Counted from the whole stretch's first letter, positions 24,938 to 36,341 are shown. The stretch: 63,495 bases of DNA, filler included, from Ministeria vibrans ATCC 50519 (GCA_943704425.1; 4 parts of 4 records of this genome joined end to end with filler, not necessarily neighbours in it); one strand, 5' to 3'. The notes: generated by a model from the sequence alone, not told the origin. Program-made: numbers and translations.

Positions 24938-27567
24938 TTATATAAAGGCTGGAGTGCGGATTTGCCAATCAATCTTGCGCCACACACGAAACATAGTATC
25001 GAGGACCGAGCTCTTGTCGCACAGGCCAACGATTGTCTTGGTCGCATGCTCGACGCCAATGGAGTGGATGGATTGCCAGGGTGTGCGCAGATCGCAGTAG
25101 CGCTTGTGTCTGTGCCGAGTGCGGTGGACCACCTCGAGAGTCGGTAGCCCCATCGCCACATAAAGCAGCACAAAGAACTCGATCTCTCCGCCGCCACGTC
25201 GCACAACCACTGTCTCTTGCGGGTGCGACTCGGTTCGAGTGAGCATGCGGTTGGTGAGAATGACGCGACGACACCGGTGCTATCCGTACCGCAGACGCAC
25301 AAGCCCGTAGAGCGAGTCGGTGAGGGACGTGGAGAAGGACTGCATCTGCCTGAGAGGCACTGCCTTCCAGTCGTAGGAGAAGCGCATGAACATTGTGCAG
25401 CAGTATGCCACACTCGCCGCGTTCGTCTGGTTGAGCTGAAACGGCGTGAAGTAGGTACAGTTGTCGTTCTACACAGAAGACGGATCAGCTGGCCACCAAG
25501 AAAATGGCATACTTACGCTGACTGAGACAGAGCAGGTGTGGAAGTCCACACTAACTGTCCACATGGGAGCGCCGCCGTCGCCACCGAGCACAACCACAGG
25601 CTCACCGTCGGCTCTCTCTACCTGCCGTGCGCGAAGTGTGTCGTCGTCAACGGAGAGCACAACCACAGGCTCACCGTCGGCTCCCTGAGGTGTTTGGTCG
25701 TCGACGGAGAGCACAACCACAGGCTCACCGTCGGCTCTCTCTACCTGCCGTGCGAGAAGTGTGTCGTCGTCGACGGCAAGCCCGCTGCTACACTCGAAGA
25801 GAATGGCATCATAGACTGACTGTCGAGCGGTTGCAAAGGCGTCGTCGTGCGTTCGGTCCAAAGTGTCGGACAGTGACGATGAGCAGTCGGAGCGACGGTC
25901 CACGTCGTCTCTCCTCTCGTTCCCTTCGTCCTCTTCGCCCTCTTCACCCTCTTCAACCCGCTCCTTCTGTTTCTCTTCCTCGGCCCTTCGTTCTGCGAGC
26001 TTTCGCCGCCGCTCCGCACTTCGGACAGCAGAGTCTCTGTACGCCTCGCTCTCGTCGTCCTCGCTGTGCTCTACTGAATCTCCTTCGTCTTCATCCTCGC
26101 TTCCACGAAGAAGATGCTCGTCGGTAAAGAAGCTGGGCGGTAATCGACGCACCCTATCGTCCAGGGCCGAGCCTATTTCCACAACATCTTCTGTCTGAGA
26201 AAGAGAAGGAGAGGACAGGGGAGAGGATGTCGGGGAGGAGGGAGACGGAGGTTTGCGGGAGGTGGATAGTGCGGATGATGTTTGCGGGGCAGGGGACAAG
26301 GGAGGAAGAGGTTTGCGGGAAGTCGATGATGTGGGTGGTGTGGGTGGAGCAGAGGACAAGGGAGACGGAGGCTTGCGGGCGGCCGGTGGTATGGGTGGTG
26401 TGTATGGTGTGTGTGGAGTAGAAACGCTTTTGACTTTGCGCGAGAGCATTTTGCGGGCAGACCGGCGAGGAGGGAGGGTGGAAGTGGGGGTCGTCGCGCC
26501 GGTTTTGATGTGAGCATCCACAGCGACAGAACGAGCAATGTGAGCTGGTGGCGTGGAGTCGACAGGATCACGAGCGAAGGAGTTTCCTGAGCGTGAAGAA
26601 GACGGGGGCAGACAAGTCGATGGCGGCAAGACGGACCGTGAAAGCTCCCGTTCGAGTTTCTGTCGCTTGACGGTGGGTCTCTCGTCGTCGCTCTTCTCGC
26701 TCTTCTCGATCCTGTCGGCTGTAATCATTGTAGTCGTTGTAGTCGTAAGCGTCGACGTCCGGACGTAGAGAACGGCGATGTCGCAGAGAAACCGTGCAGT
26801 GGTGGCAAATCGGTCGTCGATGTCGAGGCGCACTTCAATAGCCGTGTTATGTGTACAGTCGTCCCATTTCACGTACTTAGAAAGACAGACCGAGCCCTTG
26901 TCGTATCTGATTGTAAAGCGGCCATCGTCTGTCTTCTTGTCGGCAACGGTATACTCCGTGGGGCTCTCGCGGTGAAGAATCAGGCGCTCGTTGCCGACGC
27001 GCACATTCGTTGGCCAAACCAAGTGCAGTTCTCTGAAGGCTTCCTCTGTTGATTGTGAGGCCTAGGGAACAAGGAAGGTGGGCAACAGTTGGATGGGGTG
27101 GAGTTTCGTACGCTTCTTCGGCGGAGCGCGTGAGCAGTGGAGCGTGTTTGCGAGTTGTCTTCGTCCGAGTCTGCGACTTCGTCGCATTCTTGCTGCTTCT
27201 CGTCCTGCTTCTCCTCTTCATCCTGTTCATCGTCCTCTTCTTCGTCCGAGTCCTCATCCTCTTCCTGGACCTTCGTACTGTCCATTCTCTCGGCAGGAAC
27301 AAGAAAATCGTTGGGTTGAGCGCGTTTCACTGTCGGTTCAGGCGCCTCGTCCTCCTCAGGCGGCACCATCATCCCCTTGGCATCTTTCGTGAAGTGGTGC
27401 TCGTTGCAGAGGTGCTTGACAAAGTTCTGAGACGTGCGAGGGTGCTTCGTGAGGAGGCCAAAGCGATCCGTTCGGCTCGAACACGGCTCAAGACGGCAGC
27501 GAAATTGCTTGTTTCCCGCCCGGGAGAGTGCTCCTGTCGGTGTGAAGTATGACAGGGGGAGGGCCAT
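24938..27567 (-). CDS. Hypothetical multi-exon protein with an N-terminal BED-like zinc finger and acidic and proline-rich regions
   Basis: FRCRLEPC...TSQNFVKHLCNEHH (C-x4-C...H-x4-H). A phase-0 intron at 27111-27062 joins the 26980..27567 and 25469..27022 ORFs, and there is another intron at 25516-25469. The 3' end is approximate. Confidence 0.55.
25587..25775. repeat. Three imperfect coding direct repeats (ADGEPVVVL units)
   Basis: GAGCACAACCACAGGCTCACCGTCGGCTC occurs three times. Confidence 0.85.
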
Positions 27568-27712
27568 AAGGGTTGAGGGAGCCGTGGGTGGCGAATTGAA
27601 GTGATCTTGGTGAGGGACTTAGGGGAGGAGGTTCAGTCGGGCTGGGCTGATCGAACGACTTTTTTAAAAAAGTAAAAACATTAATCTTTCTCTGTTTCTT
27701 TGTCACAAAAGC

Positions 27713-30700
27713 ATGTCCTCACTACAGGAACGCATTCAAGAGGCTCGGACGTCCCATTCCTTGAACCTGAGGAAGATGGGGCTCAGCTCTCTTCCAGACG
27801 AAATTCTTGTTCTTGCTGACTCTCTACAGGAATTGCTGTTGACAGACAACCCGCTTGGGATGATTCCCGACTGGATTGGACAGTTCAAGAAGCTCAAGGT
27901 ATGGAAAGGGGAGAGAAAGGCCAGGATTTCTCACGAGTCAGCTCGGTTTTTTTTTTCTGTACGAAGCTTCTCGACGTTGGGAATTGCAAGCTCAAGACGC
28001 TCCCGGCAGCCATTTTATGTTTGCGATGGCACCTGGGGGAGATTACTTACAGAAGTAATGAGGGATTCTCGCCGTCTCTCGACAATCTCTGTGCAAGTAA
28101 GAGGAGAACAATTTCAGTCGATGAGTACTAAAACGAAAGGTTTGTCTGTAGAAGGTTTGAGATAGATAGGATGATTGCTTCAATTGATTCTAACTCCTTA
28201 TCTTGCGCTTCTGGGCGTGGCAATGTTGGGCTGCTCAGTTTGTAAGAAGGCATCTTTTTGGACGATTTTGCTAACACTCGCAACTTTGCAGTTTGTAAGA
28301 TGTCAAGAATTGGTGTATATCTGACCCTATTTTCGCTCGATTCGCTGCTCTGTGCTATTTGGTTTAGGGTGTAAGTTTGAAGAATAGATCGAAATGGATG
28401 GTGACTGATTTGGACTGTGATTTGCACTCTTCTTTGCATTGTTTTAGCTCGTAAGTTTGAAAAATAGATCGAAATGGATGGTGACTGACTTGGACTGTGA
28501 TTTGTACTGTTCTTTGCATTGTTTTAGCTGGTAAGTTTGAAGAATAGATCGAAATGGATGGTGACTGATTTGGACTGTGATTTGTACTGTTCTTTGCATT
28601 GTTTTAGCTGGTAAGTTTGAAGAATAGATCGAAATGGATGGTGACTGATTTGGACTGTGATTTGGACTGTTTTTACATTGTTTTAGGGTGTAAGTTTGAA
28701 GAATAGATCGAAATGGATGGTGACTGATTTGGACTGTGATTTGTACTGTTCTTTGTATTGTTTTAGGGTGTAAGTTTGAAGACTAGATCGAAATGGATGG
28801 TGACTGATTTGGACTGTGATTTGGACTCTTCTTTGCATTGTTTTAGCTCGTAAGTTTGAAAAATAAATCGAAATGGATGGTGACTGATTTGGACTGTGAT
28901 TTGGACTCCTTCTTTGCATTGTTTTAGGGGGTAAGTTTGAAGAATAGATCGAAATGGATGGTGACTGATTTGGACTGTGATTTGGACTCCTTCTTTGCAT
29001 TGTTTCAGACGGTAAGTTTGAAGAATAGATCGAAATGGATGGTGACTGATTTGGACTGTGATTTGGACTGTTTTTACATTGTTTTAGGGTGTAAGTTTGA
29101 AGAATAGATCGAAATGGATGGTGACTGATTTGGACTGTGATTTGTACTGTTCTTTGTATTGTTTTAGGGTGTAAGTTTGAAGACTAGATCGAAATGGATG
29201 GTGACTGATTTGGACTGTGATTTGCACTCTTCTTTGCATTGTTTTAGACGGTAAGTTTGAAGAATAGATCGAAATGGATGGTGACTGATTTGGACTGTGA
29301 TTTGCACTCTTCTTTGCATTGTTTTAGACGGTAAGTTTGAAGGATATATCGAAATGGATGGTGACTGATTTGGACTGTGATTTGTACTGTTCTTTGCATT
29401 GTTTTAGACGGTAAGTTTGAAGAATAGATCGAAATGGATGGTGACTGATTTGGACTGTGATTTGGACTCTTCTTTGCATTGATTTAGACGGTAAATTTGA
29501 AGAATAGATTGAAATGGATGGTAACTGATTTGGACTGTGATTTGGACTCTTTCTTGCATTGTTTTAGGGTGTAAGTTTGAAGACTAGATCGAAATGGATG
29601 GTGACTGATTTGAACTGTGATTTTGCATTGATTTAGACGGTAAATTTGAAGAATAGATCGAAATGGATGGTGACTGATTTGGACTGTGATTTGGACTCTT
29701 CTTTGCATTGTTTTAGGGAGTAAGTTTGAAGAATAGATGGAAATGGATGGTGACTGATTTGGACTGTGATTTGGACTGTTCTTTGCATTGTTTTAGCTGG
29801 TAAGTTTGAAGAATAGATCGAAATGGATGGTGACTGATTTGGACTGTGATTTGGACTGTTCTTTGCATTGTTTTAGCTCGTAAGTCTGAAGAATAGATCG
29901 AAATGGATGGTGACTGATTTGGACTGTGATTTGTACTGTTCTTTGCATTGTTTTAATTGTTTTAGGGTGTAAGTTTGAAGAATAGATCGAAATGGATGGT
30001 GACTGATTTGGACTGTGATTTGGACTCCTTCTTTGCATTGTTTCAGACGGTAAGTTTGAAGAATAGATCGAGATGGATGGTGACTGACTTGGACTGTGAT
30101 TTGTACTGTTCTTTGCATTGTTTTAGGCGGTAAGTTTGAAGAATAGATCGAAATGGATGGTGACTGATTTGGACTGTGATTTGTACTGTTCGGTGCATTA
30201 TTTTAGCTGGTAAGTTTGAAGAATAGATCGAAATGGATGGTGACTGATTTGGACTGTGATTTGTACTGTTCTTTGCATTGTTTTAGTTGGTAAGTTTGAA
30301 GAATAGATCGAAATGGATGGTGACTGATTTGGACTGTGATTTGTACTGTTCTTTGCATTGTTTTAGTTGGTAAGTTTGAAGAATAGATCGAAATGGATGG
30401 TGACTGATTTGGACTGTGATTTGCACTCTTCTTTGCATTGTTTTAGCTGGTAAGTTTGAAGAATAGATCGAAATGGATGGTGACTGATTTGGACTGTGAT
30501 TTGTACTGTTCTTTGCATTGTTTTAGCTCGTAAGTTTGAAAAATAGATCGAAATGGATGGTGACTGATTTGGACTGTGATTTGCACTCTTCTTTGCATTG
30601 TTTTAGCCGGTAAGTTTGAAGAATAGATCGAAATGGATGGTGACTGATTTGGACTGTGATTTGTACTGTTCGTTGTATTGTTTTAGCTGGTAAGTTTGAA

Positions 30701-32220
30701 GAATAGATCGAAATGGATGGTGACTGATTTGGACTGTGATTTGTACTCTTCTTTGCATTGTTTTAGCCGGTAAGTTTGAAGAATAGATCGAAATGGATGG
30801 TGACTGATTTGGACTGTGATTTGTACTGTTCGTTGTATTGTTTTAGGGTGTAAGTTTGAAGAATAGATCGAAATGGATGGTGACTGATTTGGACTGTGAT
30901 TTGGACTCTTCTTTGCATTGTTTTAGCTCGTAAGTTTGAAAAATAAATCGAAATGGATGGTGACTGATTTGGACTGTGATTTGTACTGTTCTTTGCATTG
31001 TTTTAGCTCGTAAGTTTGAAGAATAGATCGAAATGGATGGTGACTGATTTGGACTGTGATTTGCACTCTTCTTTGCATTGTTTTAGCTCGTAAGTTTGAA
31101 GAATAGATCGAAATGGATGGTGACTGATTTGGACTGTGATTTGTACTGTTCTTTGCATTGTTTTAGCTGGTAAGTTTGAAGAATAGATCGAAATGGATGG
31201 TGACTGATTTGGAGTGTGATTTGTACTGTTCTTTGCATTGTTTTAGTTGGTAAGTTTGAAGAATAGATCGAAATGGATGGTGACTGATTTGGACTGTGAT
31301 TTGTACTGTTCTTTGCATTGAATTAGATGGTAAGTTTGAAGAATATATCGAAATGGATGGTGACTGATTTGGACTGTGATTTGCACTCTTCTTTGCATTG
31401 TTTTAGTTGGTAAGTTTGAAGAATAGATCGAAATGTATGGTGACTGATTTGGACTGTGATTTGTACTGTTCTTTGCATTGAATTAGATGGTAAGTTTGAA
31501 GAATATATCGAAATGGATGGTGACTGATTTGTACTGTGTTGTACACTCTTCTTGGTGCTCTTTCCATTGTCTTGTGTTAGTTGGTAAGAAATGAGAATAT
31601 TGAGAATTTGTTCGTGACTGATTATAATTTTAGTTGGTAATTGCGTTTTTACATCAAGCCTGTGACTCCCCTGTACCTCGCAGGCCGTGCGCAATGGAAG
31701 TGGGACACACGGGCGTTCTTTCAGCTTCTCGCGGAAGGAGTTCGACAGGAACAACAGCGACTTGAGCAACAGCGACTGGAGCAACATCGATTGGAGCAAC
31801 AGCGATTGGAGCAACAGCGATTGGAGGAAAGAGTGCTTCGTCTCGTTGAGGTACCACGCCATTCCATTAACTCTTCCAAAAATCATCTGTTCTAGGAGAA
31901 CGAAGCCGCGTTGAGTCGGCGACTTCAATTAGAGAGGGTAAGTTTTACTTTTCATTTTCAGTGCGCCCCTTATTGTATTATTTTTCAGGAATTGAACGAC
32001 GCTCAAAAGCTTCTCGAGGTACCTCATCATAGAATCCCTGCCATGTTGTGTTTGAAAATCACATTCCATTTGCACAGTCGGAGCGCCAGGCCAACCATAC
32101 TCACGCAAATCTACTGGAGAACGAGCCACCGCTGGTGACGCTCAGTCGCGCAGCCCATCGACTCGATCAGCTCGTTATGTCCGCCACGGCCGACAGCCTC
32201 GTCAGTGCCGATGTTGCGTC
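27713..32220 (+). CDS. LRR protein with a 45-microexon variable loop and a coiled coil (3' truncated at an N gap)
   Basis: Exons 27713-27898 and 27967-28096 encode LRRs (LNLRKMGLSSLPDEI, LQELLLTDNPLGMIPDWIG, LKLLDVGNCKLKTLPAAI). Then come 45 three-nt exons at 28152-31636, followed by exons 31684-31850, 31896-31937, 31989-32018 and 32078->32220. All introns are GT-AG and the frame is consistent throughout. Confidence 0.82.
28368..31530 (+). repeat. Tandem array of about 40 units of ~80 bp, each a 77-nt GT-AG intron plus a variable 3-nt microexon
   Basis: Unit GTAAGTTTGAAGAATAGATCGAAATGGATGGTGACTGATTTGGACTGTGATTTGTACTGTTCTTTGCATTGTTTTAG + NNN. It contains a donor, a branch-like TGACTGAT, a pyrimidine tract and an acceptor. 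Confidence 0.95.
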
Positions 32221-32226
32221 NNNNNN

Positions 32227-35200
32227 TGCTCCTGCTGCTGCTGCTCCTGCTGCTGCTGTTGTTGTTGTTGCTTACGCACTGACTCGAATGCATCGGGATC
32301 AGACGCACTTGCAGCGGAGGCGGGGCGGGATGTAGTCGGCGCAACAGCAACGGCCACGGGAATGGCATAGACCTGAGTGCCATCGGCAAGCGCCAGATGC
32401 GGCTTGACGCCCTGCGCCTTCATCATAGACGCAGCCATGCTGAGCGCCGACTCACGCTGCGAATCCAGCGACTGTTGTAGCGTTGGCTCGGTGCACTTGT
32501 CAAAAAGATGCCCACCCATGCCACAGTTGCAGCAAAAAGGCTGCCATTCGACATCGTCCACAATGGACAAGTCAATGGACTTGACTGAGGAGTTGTCGTC
32601 GTCGTCTTCGGTTGAGCCGTCAAAGCTCTGGGCGGGTGCCACACGTGAGCCAGCGATCGAGTCTGTCTGCGACGACGACGATCCTGTGCGCGTGAGACGC
32701 TCCGTTCCCAACGACGAACGTCCCATGGCGGGCACTGCGTGGTCGGCGACACTCGAGTCAGGCAACTGCTTCGTCGAACTGTGGTTGTCCTTGGCCTTCT
32801 CAGCCGCGCGCTTTCGACGCTCTCGACGACGCGACGACACAGATCGATTCGAAAGACTGCTCGCCGAGCTCGCGTCGCTGTAGCAACCGGGCGATGGAGG
32901 AGGCAAATCGAATCTACCGTAGGCCACTTCGTCGTCGTTAGCAAAGGCAATGGGCGAAAAGACGCTGGAGGACGAGTCGTTGGGAAGCAGTGCCAATGTG
33001 GAGCGAGCGGGACGTGTTGCGGAACCATTCGAGGGCTGCTCTTGCTGCGAGAGTGGGGTAGACGTGGGAGTGACGGTGGCGGACATGCGTGTCTTCTGTT
33101 GTTGTGGCTGAAGAGTCGACGTCGAGGAAGTGTCCATCTGACCGACGCGCGTGCATATCTTGTCGTCGCCAGTGGGTGTGGAAGTGGCCAACGCCGAAGA
33201 CCCCTCAGCAGAAGTGAGAGGTGATGCCGGAGTGGCATCGGCATCCGTGCTGCTCGAAGGAGGAGCACCAGACGAGAGTGTCTCTACTGTCACGCCCTGA
33301 GACGTTGATGCGCTCACGTTGGGACTCTCCGTTGTCGACTTGTCATTTTGAAGCGTGCTAGTGGCTGTGGTGGTGGTAGCACTCTGGGGGAGCCTCGCCG
33401 CATCGGGAGGTGACAAGACCGCTTCAGCAGTATCCATGCCGGACGCTGCCGCATGCTTGTTCTTCTTCTTCTTTTTCGAACGCTTCTTTCCACCACCTGC
33501 GCCTGACTCTGCTGTGCCACTGGACAAGATGGAGACGGATTCGGGTGCACTGGTTCGACTGCCACTGGCACTTGCTTCGCCCGTGTTGGCATCCGACTCT
33601 GGTGCGGAAACAGCAGCAGGAGGAGTAGAATGCGAAAGGTTTGTAGACCCGGGTGATGTAGCGTTGACGCCAGTCGAGGCAGGCGTGAGTGTCGTTGTGG
33701 ATGCGGTTGCGGGAGCAGCAGAAGCAGCAGTAGCAGCAGTACTAGGAATGGCCGTCGACGTAGTAGTAATAGTAGTAGTAGCAGTGGCGGCAGGAGTCGT
33801 AGAGGCAGTAGTCGAAGTCGTCGCAGCAGACGATTGATTTGCCGCACCTGTGCTACTGGTACTGACGAGCGGAAATGAGCCACGTCGTTGGTTCCAACGA
33901 CGCGTGTAGAGTTCTTCATCGCTGTCACGGTCGGCAGGCGCACGCGACGCAATGTGATTGGCAACAACAAAGACCGTGTCGTCGATGGGCGTGCGAGCGT
34001 CGCCAAGATCGTCGGCGACGGCGGGAAACGAAGAGCCTGAGAGACGGCCGGCGCCGTTGCCGGATATGCGGTAGCGGTAGGGGCGTTTGGAGAGACGACG
34101 CGAGCCGGGCAAGACTGCAAGAGGTGCGGCGCCGCCAACAGAGAGCGATTCGTCGTCGGCATCCTCGCTCTCATCGCCACCGGCTCCACTGTTATTCGCA
34201 GATGTATTAGCCTGAGCAGCCGTAGCAGCGGAAGTAGTTGTGGTAGTGGCGGTCACTGTCACAGGATTGCTACTCAAAACGTTGGGAGTCGTTGAGCTTG
34301 ATACTGTGTCCGAGCTGGCCGCGTCGTCACTAATCTTTTCGGTTGCGTTGCTCTCGTCGAAATCCTCCGTCACATCATCCATACCCGCTTCGTTGGGGAG
34401 AGGAAAAGAGGAGAGAGAGGTGGAAGGTTCGAGTAGGGACCTTCGATAGAGGAGCGCACCGGCAAGCGTGGCAATGGTGAGAGCAAGGCAAACAATGAAG
34501 CGAGGTGAGAGGAACACGTCTGCGGCAATGCTGGAGCGAATGGACGCCTGGAAGGCCATAAGAGGCACTAAAAGACCATTGAGGCGTTCGGCTTGGCCAG
34601 GTGTAATACGCGAGTGGGGGTGGCGCAAGAATCGACCGTACGACTCGATGGTGGGAAGAAGAGCGGCGGCACGATCGACATGCTCGCTTGGCAGCAACGC
34701 ATCGCCCTCGTCGCGCGCATCAACAAGGCGCCGGATCCACACGGCAAGGCGTTCAGTGTTGCGCAGGAGTGAACGAGCGCGTGTGACGCGACTATTTCTC
34801 ACGAGAGCCGTCAAGTCGTCGACGACAGCACCCACCACAGAGGCGCCATTGACAGAGTCGACTGTGACGGCCGCAACGGCGTCCATGACCGCGTACAACG
34901 AATCAATCACCGAGTGACTAGCGCGCACAGCCAGACGACCAAGGGCCATGGACGAGTCATAAGCAAAGGCAACAAGCGAGCCGACTACCGACTCGAGTTG
35001 GTCCTCCGTCAGATTCTCAGCCTCCAGTGCCAGATTCGCCACCATTTCGTGGGGGCGGTGGCTTTCGCCCTCAATTGACACCACCACCTTGTCGACTCTA
35101 TCGCAAAGAATATCAATTAGAATAACAAAAAATTTATAATAATAATATTACTATTAATAAAATTACGTATTTAAGAATAATAACAACACGAAAGTAATAA

Positions 35201-35243
<43 letters not shown>

Positions 35244-36341
35244 TAATTATAATAATAATAATAATAATAAAATAATAAGAACAAAAATAAGAATAAAAAT
35301 AATAATACTAAAATAAAAAATAATAATAATAATAAAATAATAAGAACAATAATAAGAATAAAAAAATAATAATAATTATCATCATTAATAAGAAGAATAT
35401 GATTATTAATCATTCCGAGAAGAAAATAATTATTCTAACAATAATTTCAAAAGCAAAACAACGACAAACGAAAAACGTATCGTCATCTCATCTCACCTGT
35501 AAAAGTAGATGATGCGGTCGACGCCGTTACGCACAACCTTGTAGACAAAGCAATCGTGACCGTAGACGGGTGCGTTGCGCAAGTAGGTAAGTTTGAAGGA
35601 GTCGTCGTTTTGGGGGGGATGCAGTTCGCGATCCGTGAGAAGTGTGTTGGTGAGTTTGATGCCGACCGAGGCAGCAATGTCGCCGTCGTAGAAGCACCGC
35701 ACGTCAAGCAAGTCAAAGTTGACACGGCGACGATAGCCGGACGAAGTGATATGACTGCGTTCGTGTGCGCTCCAACGAGACTTGGTGCAACGCAGGCAAC
35801 CAAGATCGAGCGAACACGCCTGCTCGAGAATGCTAATGTTGCTGGCGCCACCAAAAGCGGCAATGAAGGTGTTGGGGACGTCGGCGGCGTTCCTGTTCAC
35901 CAGCATGCCGCCGTCGTCAATGTCGTCGTCGTCGTCGTCGTCGTCGTGGCTGTCGAGGGCGGGCGCGTAACGAGCAGAATCGGGAATGGTTGGTTTTGGA
36001 TTGGCGCTGGTGGCATTTTCGAGGGACGTTGGGAGGAATCGCGTTGCTACAACCAAGTTGTCGTGGTCAATGTCGGTATAGGCGAGCTCGCGAGAGCCTA
36101 TGGGCAGCGAGGCGGCGCTGAGCAACATGGACGCTCTCTGTGGATGGCGAAAAGGCGACCCAGCGACGCTATTTGGAGGGGACAGCATGCGCGGACGCAA
36201 TGCAAGGAGCGCCAGCGATGCGACAGCGCTCAGAAGAATGCCCCACAGACATTTTGAGCGCCAGGAGCGTTGAATTTTCGCTTGCGGTTTACGACGCTGA
36301 ATGGGCCGTCGCGGCGTCGCAGGCAGCGATCCCTTGGCCAT
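32227..36341 (-). CDS. Hypothetical membrane protein with low-complexity regions and a CCHC zinc knuckle (3' truncated)
   Basis: An AT-rich intron (about 35497-35098) joins the 35493..36470 and 32202..35087 ORFs. There are two hydrophobic segments and the knuckle CCNCGMGGHLFDKC. Confidence 0.6.

Noticed and set aside
25290-25620. Ulp1/SENP-like protease domain in the BED-finger gene
   Set aside because: The resemblance is loose (W.V.VD, Q.N...C). The catalytic His position reads Met and there is no clear DCG motif.
28368-31530. CRISPR array or plain satellite/centromeric repeat
   Set aside because: The spacers are 3 nt, the repeats are 77 nt, there are no cas genes and the context is eukaryotic. 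Unit ends are splice consensus sites, and the AG-NNN-GT pattern continues into non-repetitive flanks.
28128-31928. Minus-strand ORFs such as MQRRVQITVQISHHPF...
   Set aside because: They are antisense translations of an 80-nt unit that is not a multiple of 3, so they cycle through frames and stop frequently.
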